Shown here: in pieces, positions 24,951 to 37,619 of the stretch | How positions within the stretch are numbered: position 1 is the first letter of the stretch | Layout: each line of letters starts with the position of its first letter | Source of the DNA: Spirogloea muscicola | Lineage: Eukaryota | NCBI GenBank assembly: GCA_009602725.1 | Contig: WELB01000032.1 | Span: 550,580 to 614,579, forward strand | Direction of reading: 5' to 3' | DNA length: 64,000 nt | Position numbers and translations under genes: made by a program | The notes under the pieces: model-generated | What the model was told of the DNA's origin: nothing | The model's database searches: none | What the model saw: only the letters and a program-made list of their open reading frames with translations

Positions 24951-27900
24951 TCATGGCCTTGTGATTTTTTCGTACGACCATCCACGATCCCCATCAAAAT
25001 TCAGAATGGCCTGGTGATAGCTGCGTGCCAGATCACGACAAGAGAGTAGAGCATTAACATTTAGTGAAATTGCAGCAAGTAGCAGCCGATGGTACCCAAG
25101 ACAGATCAATTTGTGATTATCTCCACAAATACGTGAAGGGTGGGATAGTGACCTTTTGAGGGCAGGTCTGTGAGCGATTGATAACATAGTGATGCCGGCT
25201 TCCTGTAGCAGCTTGTAGAGATGCTCCTCCCCATCAGCACTTACAGCTGAGGTACATTCATCCAGCACAGCATACCTGAACACTGACTCAATAAGCATGA
25301 GGATAGGATGCTGCAACCAATGCCTCGATGGTGAACAACCCTGATTTAAAACTACGATGACGCACGTGATCCTGTCCTAAGTAAAAATGGGTGCATGTCC
25401 TACTTGGGTCTGTGGTAGAGAACGCGTGCAATGGCCAACCGCTGTCTTTCGCCACCCGAAAGCGTCTCCTCCCAATTCTTGCAAAGCACATGCATATTTA
25501 CAATGTGTTAGAAAAGGTACAAATTGTTTGGAGGTCTTGATGAGTACAGAGGACCGGACAAGCCGCTACAAAGAAATTGTTGACCCAGACTTCACTTGGT
25601 TTGATTGGCTGATGCTACTGCCTATATAAGCATGGTAAAACTCACCTGCATTTGGTCCAAGCCATCACCTCGGTGCATAAGGTACGCGATCTCGGTTGCA
25701 GCAAGTGCTTGAGAAACTCTCTCATCATCAGCAGCATCATAAGTTTGCGAGACACGCTTGTGGCCGTAGTGCCTGGCAGTCGCTCGAGCTATTGCTACTG
25801 GTAATTGAGGGTACCGCACTTGATCTCGTAGTGAACCTCTCACCACATAAGGCCGCTGTGAATGAGACATTGAAGGTGAATGAGAGACCAGCCTCAGCAC
25901 TTCATTGTAGACCCATCCTACAGTAATATTATGACAAACTTGAAAACATGCCCAGATAAGCACTTGCTTGTAAATACAACATATATTATCTACCTGAGAA
26001 AGGTAGAAGATGTCGCCTCTATGTGGCCGAGTTATTGTGCCACATTGCAATGGCCACAACTCAGCCAGAAGGCGAAATAAAGATGACTTACCACTGCAAG
26101 CACACAACAACACAAGATTTGAAGTGAGCAGAGGTGCTAGGTGCAGCTGCTGCAGTCTACACGTCAAAGGTGAAGAACAAGGTCTGCAAAGCAAAATAGA
26201 TTTTAAAAAAGCATTATATTCAGAGCAATCTATCAATGATGGTTATGATTAAATAACTTGCCTCCCGTTTGGGCCCATCAGGATGGTCGACTGCCCCTGT
26301 AAGACCTCAAATGTCAATTCTCGGACAAGAAGGGTCCCATCAGGGGAGTGTACGGTGACACGGTCAAATCTGCAATCATGTCATCAACGTGGCAAAATCA
26401 AATTTTAACCATGTGGTTTGAACCAGAGTAACAGCTCTACTTCTCCTCATGTACACAGCTCAAAGAGAGACAAGTGCAAGTACCTGATGATGGACCCAAA
26501 CAGCATCCGGGGCGGAGGTGGCGACTCAGTGCCCGGCAACTCTGCTTCGGCTTGCTTTCGTGCCTCCACCGAGCCTTCGAGAACTGCTGCCGGTTTCATG
26601 ATATTAGCTCGCTTCTGTCCCTCCTTTGTGCTCAACTGCTTCACCTGTAACACATCTCTCATGCTCCATAATCAACCAGACGACAGCAGGCACGGAGGCT
26701 TTCAAATCCGCTGAGAGGACACACCACATGGTGCAGACAGTTCCAGTTCTAAGGCAACACAAGGACAGCATACCCAGCATACACAGCACAGCATACTGTG
26801 AGTACGTTGTAACCAAATATATCCACGATAAGCATGACATGAACATCCTGAAGAGGTTTTTTCCGAGATTGTGATGCTCCAGTAGGGCAGCTGTGACTTA
26901 CCGACTCAAGCAGCTCAGACACTCGTGAAGTCACTCCTGCCAGAGCTGTGACACGCTTGTATATCAACACAAGCTGCCCTATGGCCGTAGACGTGTTCTG
27001 TCATGACAGCCAACTGGAGCTTATTAATAGATATCACTAGATCCTACTCCAACATGGTCACTGCAGCAGTCATCATCTAACACTGGCACCTGATAAGGGC
27101 ATAACAGCAGGGCTAGCTTTCATGGAACATATTCTCAAGACGTACCATCATGAGACGCATGGAGCGAATGTAATCGCCAGTGAGTGTCTTCTGATTTGCT
27201 CTCTGTGACATTGTGGGACTTGGCAGGTGAGTCATGAGCTTGAGTGGTGCAACACTCTTGAGCAGAATGAGCAGATGGCACAGGCACGGATGCATGGACA
27301 GAGAGCTCATGACTGTGTCAATCAAGTCAACCAAGAGTCGAGACACTTATACTACTTGCAGGAACTCCACTAAATTCCATAAGCAATATAATGACGACTT
27401 GTCCAAGGTACCAGCACATGCAGCAGGGCGTGATCTTGCAGGATGACAGAGACTTACCTCAGAGCTGAAGTATATAGGTGCTGCATATACGCAAAGCCCA
27501 ATAATTGACGCTGCATACTTGACCATGTATCCGTCGGCCACCTGACACAAAAGCACGTGAGACACGAAGCAGCAAGCATCAGCACCTGGATAGTGAACTG
27601 CCACCCAAACACGACACCCCCAGACCAACAATTACCTTCACCCCACCTGCTGTACTAGCCTCTGGAAGGCAGAGAGTCGCGCATGACGCAGGAGACGGTA
27701 GAGGTGATCGTTAAGAATGAGGCGCTCCGTGTCTCCTCCAGGGGGGTCATTGAAAGCTACCTCCTCCGCGTGGGCAACCAGCCTTTGCAAATGCCATTTG
27801 ATCATGTCAATTGCCAGCAGTGATCAAGTTCTTGAGACATTTGTGCTTAACACACTCATGCATGCCCATGCTCAATAATTGATCAGAACTGACTACTCTA

Positions 27901-30001
27901 GCTTTGAATAAACTGCTCACCTTTGGTGTGCATTGCGGAAGTTGCCAGATAGTGCTGCTTCCTGAGCAGTCATTAGAGCAAGAGGAGGACTGATGGCCCG
28001 CAGGAATGCTGAGCAAAGTAGGAAGTAGCCATAGAGCATGAATTGGCCTTTGTATCTGTGGAATAGGATGTGAGAATCAGCATGAATGCCAGGAGTGTGA
28101 AAATCATTGAAGCTGGATACAACTGCATAAAATAGAATAAAAAAGAAGGGCAAAACTTAAAATGAGGAGAATATTTACCCAATCGTCTGCGATAAGGAGC
28201 GCGTGAAGAGGATAATATCAAGCACGGGCTTGAAGGTATAAGAGAACAGCTCACTCACGGAAGTGGCAAAGCGATCCACGTCCTCTGTTATCCTCTGCAA
28301 CCAAAGACTAGTCCACCTCAGGAAGTGCTTTGTGAAAATGAGGAAGGACAGAACGAAAGTCAGCACCCAACTAAGAACCAAGTAATATGGCCCTAAGAAG
28401 GAGGACCTGCACATGAGATAAATTTCCAGTAGGGAAAGCGGGGGTTTGGAGGGGGTGAACTGTGGGGCGGGCAGCAAGAAGTATCGGAAGTGGAAAAGAA
28501 GGCGCGCCTTGGATACACTATTAAAAACTTAGGGCTAGCTAGCGAAGAGTCAATAGCACAATGCTTGAGAACAATTATTAACTTTGGGACTTTGTGGGGA
28601 GAAGCAAAGCAGAAGCTTGGAAGGGCGGAAGTCTGAGCCACAAGCGCCAACAGGAGTGGGAGAAAGACATGAAAGTAGGGTTTAGGAGACTGAGAGAGAG
28701 AGAGAGAGAGATAGGAAGGGGAGGGAGGGCGGGTGCTTGCTCAGCAGAGGTGGGGCATTCTGCTATGGGTCTGTGCCTTACCTGATCTGCATTGGAAAGG
28801 CCGCTCAAGGTGGAGGCTACATAGTAGACTCGATTTGCCAAGTATCTGCTATGGATGTGTTCAGTCAGTCGCTGGCGGAAGCCTAAGCTCATCAAGGACT
28901 GCATATACTTCAGGCCACTGTTGACCAAGGCTGCTGGGACTGTAGTCCCTGCAAAATTCCAAAGCATGTCCGCAAATACTGGCCAATCCTGTGGTGAAAC
29001 AGCACAGAGCAGGTGGTGTCCTATGATTCTACTGCGCTCTGCCATACACTTGAGTATACTTGTTCTACTTTGCTGTGGAGAGCACAAAGAAGCAATTATA
29101 ATTTCAGTACTTCGAGTGAAGGCATCAAAAAAAAAAACCTTGAAACCCTGTTTAGCAGATAGAACTACGACCTGGATTGCATACCTTAGAGACAACTGAT
29201 TGTCCTGCCACACCTTCCAGGGCCGCTATTCGATCTGCACGCACATGCACGAGAGGTCAACAGCTGCTACACCCTGGCTGTTGTCATAAAAAGGAACCCA
29301 ACCAGCAATCTGAGCAGGAGCAGCAAGCTGACCCTGCAGGCTCACAAACCTAAGTCTTGTCGTGCTTCTCATGATGCGTTGAGCTCTTGCCTGTGAGCAG
29401 GGTGCGGCACACAAGAAGTCCAGACTGGAGGAGTACATAGAAAGCCTCCCGAGAAAGAAAGGACGGAACGCAGATACGAAGGATGCTTGCGAGACGACTG
29501 GCAAACAGTCTATCCACGGCCACCTGATGAGCACAACGAGCAACTCTCCAAGCTCAGCACAGCTACAGGGATGTGCTGCAGAATGCAGCTCAATATCTGC
29601 AGCTGCAACGGCTGCCGTCTCGCCAGCGACGAGCTGACGAAATAGTGTATGACCAGCTCTGAGGAAAGGCAGGCACCCCATCCTTGTGGATCCACGGGCG
29701 CAGGTACACATGACATGCCCTAAGGTGTCCAGGATTCCGACAATGCAACGTGATGCACGAGCATGGAGGCTGCTGCGGGCAGACGCGGAGCCGCCATGGC
29801 GGCCGAGCCGGCGCTCACCTTCCTCTCCTTCTTCTGGCCGTCAGCCTCCGCACGGGTGCTCTGCGCAACAACACCGAGCAGGACGCGCTGCTCCCTCTGC
29901 ACCCGCTTCAGGCGCCACTGCATGCCTCCGACGAACACCACGCCGCCAGAGACGACGGCGAGGGCCAAGTAGCGCCGCCTCTGCCGCTCCATCATGCCCA
30001 T
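24951..30001 (-). CDS. Half-size ABCD-family (peroxisomal-type) ABC transporter
   Basis: One TMD (SNADQ|RITEDV, HAEEVAF EAA-like motif) and one NBD (MGPNGSGKSSLFR, LSGGERQRLAIAR, AVLDECTSAVS, SIAHRP). Confidence 0.92.
28692..28711. repeat. (GA)n microsatellite in an ABCD intron
   Basis: Run of gagagagagagagagagaga. Confidence 0.8.
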
Positions 30002-30244
30002 GGCTGCGGCCCTTCGGGGAGGGGACTTCAGAGAGGCCCGCCGTGCAGCATGGGGGCTGTCCGCCCTGACGAGGCCTAGCGGTTAGGAGGGCCTGCGGTA
30101 AGGCCGCGGAGACGGACAAGCGGCGGCGACGAAGCCGCCGTCGGCCCGGGAGGCGCCGCGCTCGGCGGCGGCAGCGGCGGCGGNCGGCGGCGGCGGCTGC
30201 GGCGGCGGCGGCGGCGCTGCGTCCGCGCGGCTGCTGGACGGGCT

Positions 30245-30320
30245 GGGATGATGTACATCTGTCCATGTGCTTGCCTTTGTACTTGGCCACTCAGCCCCTC
30301 CATCACTAAATACAAACTCC
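30245..30320 (+). mobile_element. Family D 3'-UTR fragment
   Basis: Matches the reverse complement of 30830-30900, which follows the family D stop codon. Confidence 0.75.
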
Positions 30321-30329
30321 AATTCCTAA

Positions 30330-30820
30330 GAGAGAGAAGGCGCGGTGCGCATGACATTAAAAGGGAGGCCAATTCTAGCCTTACGAATGTCCTGTTACGG
30401 GGTAATGAGCTAGCTAAGGGGGACACTAATATCCCCGAGTGAGCACATGCATATCTGACAATCTAAGCTGAGGAGCCAAACCACCACCACGGAAGCCACT
30501 AGCCTGGGCTAATGCACGCCCCAGAACGCCGGTGTATCGCAAGTGCCTGGGAGCGCAGTAGACTCAATGATAGCCGCATTCTATAGCATGCAACGATGGC
30601 TTGCGGGACGCTAGAATGCTCTAAGCTTCCTGCCCGACTACGGCGGCGGGCATCGACATGCAGAGCCAGGCGATGGAGGAGGGAAGACCACATCGTTCCG
30701 TAGCCGCCGTATATGTCCATGGCGCATGGGAAGACGAAGCTAAGACGCTACGACAACGGCGGAAGGCCAACATCACCCACCGCTCGAGAAGCGCGGGCTT
30801 CCAGCTGGAATGTGAATCTC
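30330..30820 (-). mobile_element. 5'-truncated CRE-like element, family C
   Basis: AMDIYGGYGTMWSSLLHRLA..YRMRLSLSLLRSQALAIHRRSG..LSDMHVLTRGY* (stop 30426-30428), then a 3' UTR ending gcgcaccgcgccttctctctc. Confidence 0.85.
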
Positions 30821-30829
30821 CCAATGAAC

Positions 30830-31175
30830 GGAGTGTGTATTGAGAGATGGAGGGCCTGTGTGGCGAAGTACGAAGGCAAGCACATTGACAAATGCAAGTC
30901 ACCTGCTGCTGACCCGCTCAGTAACCACGAGTCAGCACATAGAGGTCGCTAACTGATGCCCGAATACTGGACGGCAACCGACAAGCTCTTGAGCTACCAG
31001 CTAAGGCTCGACCAGCTTCTGATGCAACGCATGAGCCTGAGCTCGCTGCAGACAAGCTGACACACGACGTCGCAAGAATGACAAGTAGGTTGCCGGCATG
31101 CCCTTCTGAGCTAGAAGCATATCCTTACGTCGAGCATATCCCAAACTTGCAATGTTCTCCAGCAGGGTATGGTAG
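30830..31175 (-). mobile_element. 5'-truncated CRE-like element, family D
   Basis: LRRRVSACLQRAQAHALHQK, a frameshift, then AGRALAGSSR..ASVSDLYVLTRGY* (stop 30918-30920) and its 3' UTR. Confidence 0.8.
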
Positions 31176-31179
31176 CAAA

Positions 31180-33817
31180 GAAAGTGCTCGCCCACAGAGA
31201 AGAGGGGCTGGCAAAGCCAGCCCAAAAAGAATGGACAATGTCCAAAGCCAAAGAAAGAGGTGCCGACCTCAAAACACTACAAAAACCAAGACGGTGCAGG
31301 AGGAAGCTCAGTACCCGCGAGTGAGCAACATCAGGTCGGAGTAGCTCGCAGCAGGGAAAGAGGCACTCCGCCGAGACCCAGAGGCGGCAGCCATACCACA
31401 ACCTGCTCGCTTATGGACGGCGTAGGCAAGGGAGCGTTGAATCGATACCGCCAGGCGCATACGAAAGACTTGGGCGAGCGACCCGGCGGCGTTGAAGCCA
31501 GGCATCGCCCCTGGCAGACCAGGCCGGCGGTCAATGGCCTGACGGGCAAGCCGCTGGAGGAGATCCAGCCAGCGGCTGCCAAAAGCCCCGTGTGCATCTA
31601 TCGCCAGGGCCGCGAACTCATCACCAACCGGGTGATCGGCATGTTTTCGCTCATTGCCCCGGGCCGCCTGGCCGACGCCGATCTGGTGGGATTGGCGGAG
31701 TCGACCGCAGTCAGTTGTCACCACATCGGCGATGATGCGGGGACTGCCGCCGGGCGGGATGGCGACCAGGTCGGCGCGTCTAGTATGGGGCTGGCCGTCC
31801 GCGCCCAGCTGGATGGGCATTACTGAGGTGTTTTCCACAGCCACCTTGAAGCCCGCCTCCATGAACACCCCCTGCATGCCATCCCGCAGGAGATCGTGGA
31901 AACCAGTCCGCTCGCTCCCGTGCGTGCAACGGAGCATATGCGCAGCCAGCTCCGCAGGGTCGGCGTGACGGGCACCACACTTGCACTGAGTGACGCCCAC
32001 GAGGCAGGGAGGGAGGAGGCCCAAGAGCCGGTGGACCGCCGTCCTGAAGACCTCATCAGGCATGGTGAGCGCCGCATAGATTGGGAGCGCTGATAACCAC
32101 GCCGCCGCCCCAGGGGAGGAGGCTGAGAGAAGCCGGGCGCGCCCGCGAAGGTCAGACGGAGGGAGAAGCGCCACCACCTGGTTAGAGGCCCCTTTTTCAA
32201 CCAGCGCCGTGAAGCGTGCCTGGGCACGCAGGTCAGGGTGTGGGCGAGGTGGACGAAGGGGACGGCCTGCTCCGATATGTTGGGGTGGACCGCCAGGAGC
32301 CCGTCGCGGGCAGAGCGGAGGGCAACCTGAAAGGGCAGCTGGCCGATCTCCACTTCAGCTGCCGCCGCTCCAGGGCGCGCTGGACGTGGACGATGAATCT
32401 CTGGCACATGGGGGCTGCAACCTGAGCCCAGGCTTTTAGCTGCCCATGTAGGCCGCCTCGCAGGCGCGGGCAACTGAGCGGCATCCCAAGCCGCCGCGGC
32501 TGGCGAGCAGGCTAGCCTGCAGCAGCGCAGCTGGTGAGGTGAGGAACGCAGGGTGCTGCACGAGGGTGGCCGCGGACGCCAGGATGCCGGAGTCAAATGC
32601 CGCATACGCTGCCTTCACCGCCAGTGAGGGAGGGATGGTGCGGACCAGATAGTGTGGCCGCTGCACGATGCAACGGGTCAGCATAGCGGTCGCCAGCTGC
32701 ATGTCCTGCAGCGTGTGAAGACAGTCCGCCGGCCGGAGGTGTTCCTGCAGCCGCGCCTTCAGCTGCTCCGTCACAAAGGCAGGTGCGCCTAGGCGGACGC
32801 CGAGGAGGGTGAGGCCCCCGGCTGGTGTCTGGCAGCCCACGGGCAGGCGCAGGTAGGCTGGCAGGTCCAGGGGGACCAGGCGCTGCATTTGTCCGCCCGA
32901 ATGTCCAGGCCGATCGCGCTCAGCTGCACTTGGAGGGTGGCAAAGGCTGCTGCGACGTCCTCTGGCTTCCCCACCAGCGTGGTGTCATCAGCGTATGTCG
33001 GCACGAGGACGCCAGGGTGAACCGCGACCATTGCCTGGAGCGCACGGTGATGTGCCAACACGTAGTAAAACCCCGCCAGTGGAGGGGCGCGCCCCTAGTG
33101 GAGTGGAGGGTCTCCACCTCACCACCCCCCGCCCGCCACTGCAGCTCGCGTGGCTGACCGTACCTCAGCCTGAAGAAGGGTAGAAGGCTGGGGAAGGCCT
33201 CTCTCAGCTCCTCCGCAATGACATCACGATCAACGCTGTTGAAGGCGTTGCGGACGTCGACCGCCATGGCCACCCACTCGGGATGCAGGTCCAGGGCGAC
33301 CCGTACGCCGTGCACGACCGTCTCACCGCCGCTCCACAGCCCCGCACCAAACTGTTGGGGCGCCAGGTGTGCCTGGGCCTGCCCTGCGTGCTGTTGGCAA
33401 AGCGCGCGCCCCACCAGGAGGTAGAGCACCTCACCGATGGCGATGGATGTGCGATCCGACGAATGTGCGGGCGCACCCAGCGGGGGACATGGCGGACGAG
33501 CGGGAGGGCCGCCTAGCGGTGGACGGCTGCCAGGTCGAGGCCGGCCAGCCACTGCCAATGTTGAGGCGTGGGAGGGGAAGGCACGGGGGGGACTGGCCTG
33601 CCTGGTCGACCGCGGCGGCCCCTGGCGGCCGCTTTTCGCTCCGCGCCTGCTCTGCACGGTTGCCGCTTAGCGCGCAGGCGCGCTCGTGGCCGGTCGAGCC
33701 GGACCGGGAGTGGCAGGTCCGCCGGCAGAAGTGGCACAGCAGCGGCGCGGGCGGGCGGGGTGGGGGCGACGGCGGTGAAGCTGCCGAACACGGCGATGGT
33801 GGATGCGGCGGGGATGG
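31180..33817 (-). mobile_element. Long degenerate CRE-clade non-LTR retrotransposon, family A
   Basis: N-terminal CHFC..H...C finger; RT motifs IAIGE, QQFGAG, VDVRNAFNSVDR, YADD; RGGLG; AAAWLSALP; CKC..H...C knuckle; RADL..IADV endonuclease motif; stop at 31308. Contains frameshifts and an in-frame stop; 5' end is in the N gap. Confidence 0.92.
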
Positions 33818-34362
33818 NNNNNNNNNNNNNNNNNNNNNNNNNNNNNNNNNNNNNNNNNNNNNNNNNNNNNNNNNNNNNNNNNNNNNNNNNNNNNNNNNNN
33901 NNNNNNNNNNNNNNNNNNNNNNNNNNNNNNNNNNNNNNNNNNNNNNNNNNNNNNNNNNNNNNNNNNNNNNNNNNNNNNNNNNNNNNNNNNNNNNNNNNNN
34001 NNNNNNNNNNNNNNNNNNNNNNNNNNNNNNNNNNNNNNNNNNNNNNNNNNNNNNNNNNNNNNNNNNNNNNNNNNNNNNNNNNNNNNNNNNNNNNNNNNNN
34101 NNNNNNNNNNNNNNNNNNNNNNNNNNNNNNNNNNNNNNNNNNNNNNNNNNNNNNNNNNNNNNNNNNNNNNNNNNNNNNNNNNNNNNNNNNNNNNNNNNNN
34201 NNNNNNNNNNNNNNNNNNNNNNNNNNNNNNNNNNNNNNNNNNNNNNNNNNNNNNNNNNNNNNNNNNNNNNNNNNNNNNNNNNNNNNNNNNNNNNNNNNNN
34301 NNNNNNNNNNNNNNNNNNNNNNNNNNNNNNNNNNNNNNNNNNNNNNNNNNNNNNNNNNNNNN
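33818..34362. other. Assembly gap (N run)
   Basis: Contiguous run of n. Confidence 0.99.
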
Positions 34363-34950
34363 CCAGGGGGTAAAAGGTATCACCCGCCGGGTGGTCCTTG
34401 TACTTGTGCAACTTCTTCTGTTCGGCCACCTTCACGGCATAGCCGGTCTCAGAAGTTACGGGGCCCTTCGTCCGGAAGCTGTCGGTTAGGACGACGTCCA
34501 TGAGAAGCCGCTTGCCACCTCCCAGGGGGACGCCGACCAGATCGACACGCCGCGTCCGAGGGACCCCGTTGCGGAGCTGGACGGGTATCACCCCGGTGCT
34601 CTCCAACGCTCTGTTGCAGGAGACGCCCGCACTGGAACATCAGGAGCAGCATTATGCCCGGGAGACATGGGATCCGATGGAGGCAGTAGGTTCACCTCCG
34701 GCAGGCTTTCACGGGTCAAGGGCAGAGTCGGTATGGCGGGTGGCCGACGCGTCTCTCGGGCGGGAGGCGATAGATGCTCCTCCGCGTTTTGCTCCAGAGC
34801 AGGGGCGGCCTGGACAGAGACGATGGGGCCGCAAGCCGCAACTGCCGCAGCAGGCGCCGCGTCGGCGAGGTCACTTCCACGATGGCGCGGTAGCCGGCGT
34901 CGCGCATCAGGTCCGCAGGGCGTCCCGTAGGGAATTATGGACGCCCACCA
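34363..34950 (-). mobile_element. CRE-like endonuclease-domain fragment, family F (3' end in the gap)
   Basis: ESTGVIPVQLRNGVPRTRRVDLVGVPLGGGKRLLMDVVLTD..AEQKKLHKYKDHPAGDTFYPL, homologous to the family A endonuclease region. Upstream part is degraded. Confidence 0.85.
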
Positions 34951-34974
34951 CCTCAGGGCCTGTAGGACATCGCA

Positions 34975-35195
34975 GCATGTGGGTGGCGAACGGGTGCAAG
35001 GGCTGTGAACAAAAAGCCTGTCGGGCTGTGAAAGCCAGCCCGAAAAGAATCGGACAAGGTCCACTTGTGAGGCCAGCCCGAAAGAATTCTCGTGTATTCG
35101 AGAAAAACAAAGGCCAAATGGCCAAGTACAAAGGCAAGCACATCTAAAGACAAAGGAATGAACAAGGTCTGAAGGGCCGGAAGGCGCCAAAACAA
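34975..35195 (-). mobile_element. Nested CRE-like 3'-UTR scraps (B-like, D-like, G)
   Basis: A B-like UTR interrupted by a D-like UTR, followed by a G-type hairpin carrying a 10-bp duplication (35000-35009/35023-35032). Confidence 0.75.
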
Positions 35196-36448
35196 GAAGT
35201 GTGTGACTTCGGTGTATGGACGCTCAAGAACCCTCAGTCACTTTCGGGGTACCTGGAGGACTTAAATGCGTCACCCAATCAAACCCCGAGGCAATACCCA
35301 AGCGGCAATAGGCGGCAATAGGGCTGAGTTGGGCGGACGGCACTTGCAGGCAGGGCTCATTACGGCAAGAGCGTCATCTACGACCAACGTAGCAGCTCAT
35401 AGCTCCACACCTCTTTCACCTCAGAACCTGGGGACGGAGGCCCGCCTCTTTCAACTACAAGAGTTCCCCCTTTCTCATGTGGAGGAAGAACGTGGATTTA
35501 TTAATGCAGGCGGCTGCGAGGGCCAGTGACAGGCTCAAGCACAACTACCTTCCTTCAACGGTGTATACTTATCAAATTCCTTTGGACAACGCTGGCATGC
35601 ATGCAGCAGCCTCGCTCCTCTTACACCCCTGTTGGCTGAATGAGAAAGCCATTGGTGGTTGGAACAAGCATACACTCCTTCACCACCACCCTGAACCTCG
35701 GCAGCTGAGCAAACTGGCCGGCATGTGTGGGCAGCTCAAGTGCATCTGCACATACTGTCTGACAGCAGCAGCTGATCACCAAGAGCTTGTTCTGGTCAAA
35801 AAGTACCAAACTCACCTAGTGGGAATTCCTCGAGCACACCGCCAGGCCGCTTAAACACCAGGCACTAATGATGCCAATCAATAAGTTCAGAGGCACATCG
35901 CTTTGCATCGCAGTGCATAAAGAGTAGGGGAACAGCGCATGAAGAGTAGGGCACTGCGAGCTGCAGATCTCAGTGTGACATACCAGACCCAGCTCGCATT
36001 GTCCCAGACATGCAGAATGACCTTCAGTGTTGCATCCCAATGAGGGATCAGCAGAAGAGAGCCAACGACACTCGAGCAGGAATGTATGTGAATTTTGTCA
36101 CTGAGCTAGTCTTCTTAGTCATCTACCCATCAACTTTTGGAGGTAGATCACATGTCGAACGTGGTCTCTCCCGATTCTTCAATCAACAAAGAGGGGTATC
36201 TGAGTCTGCTCCATCAGACAGCCCTAGGCTGCTGCCTCTGGATTTTAAACAGCGACACCTGTCCTGCTGCTGATAGTCCAACTGTGGCCCAGTGCAGATC
36301 GAAAGCGCACATTGCGCTTGCAAGGAAGTCCCCTTGTAGCACTGCATCCTTATCCTGCAAGCTTGCACTTTGGCCTGGAAGAGCTTCCCACCGCATAGCA
36401 TCTGTACTTGACAATGAAGGCTCTCTTCAAGGCTCTTCTCCTGCATCG

Positions 36449-36995
36449 TCACCTCTGGTACCCGTCTCCGGGGTTGTCATTGACATTCACAGCCCTGCCA
36501 GGATTGTACCACTTGCCAGGAGCAGGCGGGAGGTCGACCTCCTCCGGCAGCACATTTGGCTCCACGCTCTTCACCGTCCGCGGGACCTCCGCTCGACGGA
36601 GGTCCCTGTCATAGTACTTGATGTTGTATATCCTATCTGCATCACAATGCTCCACGTACAAGGCGTCGACACGCTGGCCCTGCGTGCCACAGACATTGTG
36701 ACATCTTGCCCATGCCTCGCTATCGAAAAGATTCGACTGTGCCAGCCATCTGCGCTGGTCAAGGTGACGTAGGAAGAGCGCAGCTTTGCGAGCATGACGG
36801 CAAAGGCGCACCTGGTCGCGCGTGCGGTATCCAGGCCCTCGTAGGCGGGTTGCTTGGCGCGAACTGGCGGTACTCGGACGCGTCCATGAGCGCCTCGAGG
36901 TACTCCGGCGACGACACGGGCCCCGTAATGCGCCACGGCGCTTTGAACCACCGGAAGAAGCCGCCGAGCAGCGCCCCGGCGCGCTTCGACGCCAT
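36449..36995 (-). CDS. NDUFA7: Complex I subunit B14.5a/NDUFA7-like (exons 36995-36812, 36636-36449)
   Basis: KAPWRITGPVSSPEYLEA..EYR..IPHARP|DRIYNIKYYDRDLRR..GDGYQR*, resembling plant B14.5a. Confidence 0.85.
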
Positions 36996-37124
36996 GCCGC
37001 CTCCTCTCGCCGGAGCAGCCGCGCCCCGCGGACGCGCCGGCCTCCGGGAGCGCAGGAGCGGAGCTCGGCGGCGCGCTGGACCTGCGACTGATTAAGGTCT
37101 CTGGACACCCCAGTCGGACGCCAG

Positions 37125-37465
37125 CCCTGTACGTTCCTTTGGGGCCTCTTACAGCCGTGGCCTAACATTGGAAGATGATTTACTTTTCTTGCTTTTTTTC
37201 CTGGCTGGGCAATCACAGACGGCCATCGCCCTCTGGAACACTTTCTTATTTTCCGGCCGCTTTCGGAGCTTGTCAAATCATTCCGGGCTGGCTTGTCATG
37301 GCCCTCGGCCCCTTGGCAAGAAGTGGCACTCCCCATGGAAGAGCCACTTTTTTCCTACTATTATTCTTTTGTACTTCTTGGGCATTAGGCTTGCCTGAAC
37401 AATGGAATGGCTTGAATTTCCCCCCCTTTCATTTCATGCCCACCGCGCGCGCCTTCTCTCTTTCT
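37125..37465 (+). mobile_element. CRE-like 3'-UTR fragments in the NDUFA7/OBGC2 divergent promoter
   Basis: tttggggcctcttacagcc; ggccatcgccctctgg; ttgtcaaatcattccgggctggcttg; C-like ttcatgcccaccgcgcgcgccttctctc. Confidence 0.7.
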
Positions 37466-37619
37466 ATTTCCTCCTGGAACCAGGCGACAGTCACGAGGTT
37501 CCCAAGCCCTAGTCTGTAAGGGCCACTCGACACCCCCCCCCCCAGACCGCGATCCCCGCCGACGGGGGCGGCGGCGGCGGCGGGGGCTCGTCCCGCAACG
37601 GCTGGCGCTGGCCGGGGCG

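Noticed and set aside
30245..30900. About 70-bp inverted repeats suggesting a MITE around family C
   Set aside because: The right arm directly follows the family D stop codon, so both arms are D-type 3' UTRs in opposite orientation; no TSD seen.
33369..34606. Long ORFs spanning 33.4-34.6 kb
   Set aside because: They are open only because they read through the N gap.
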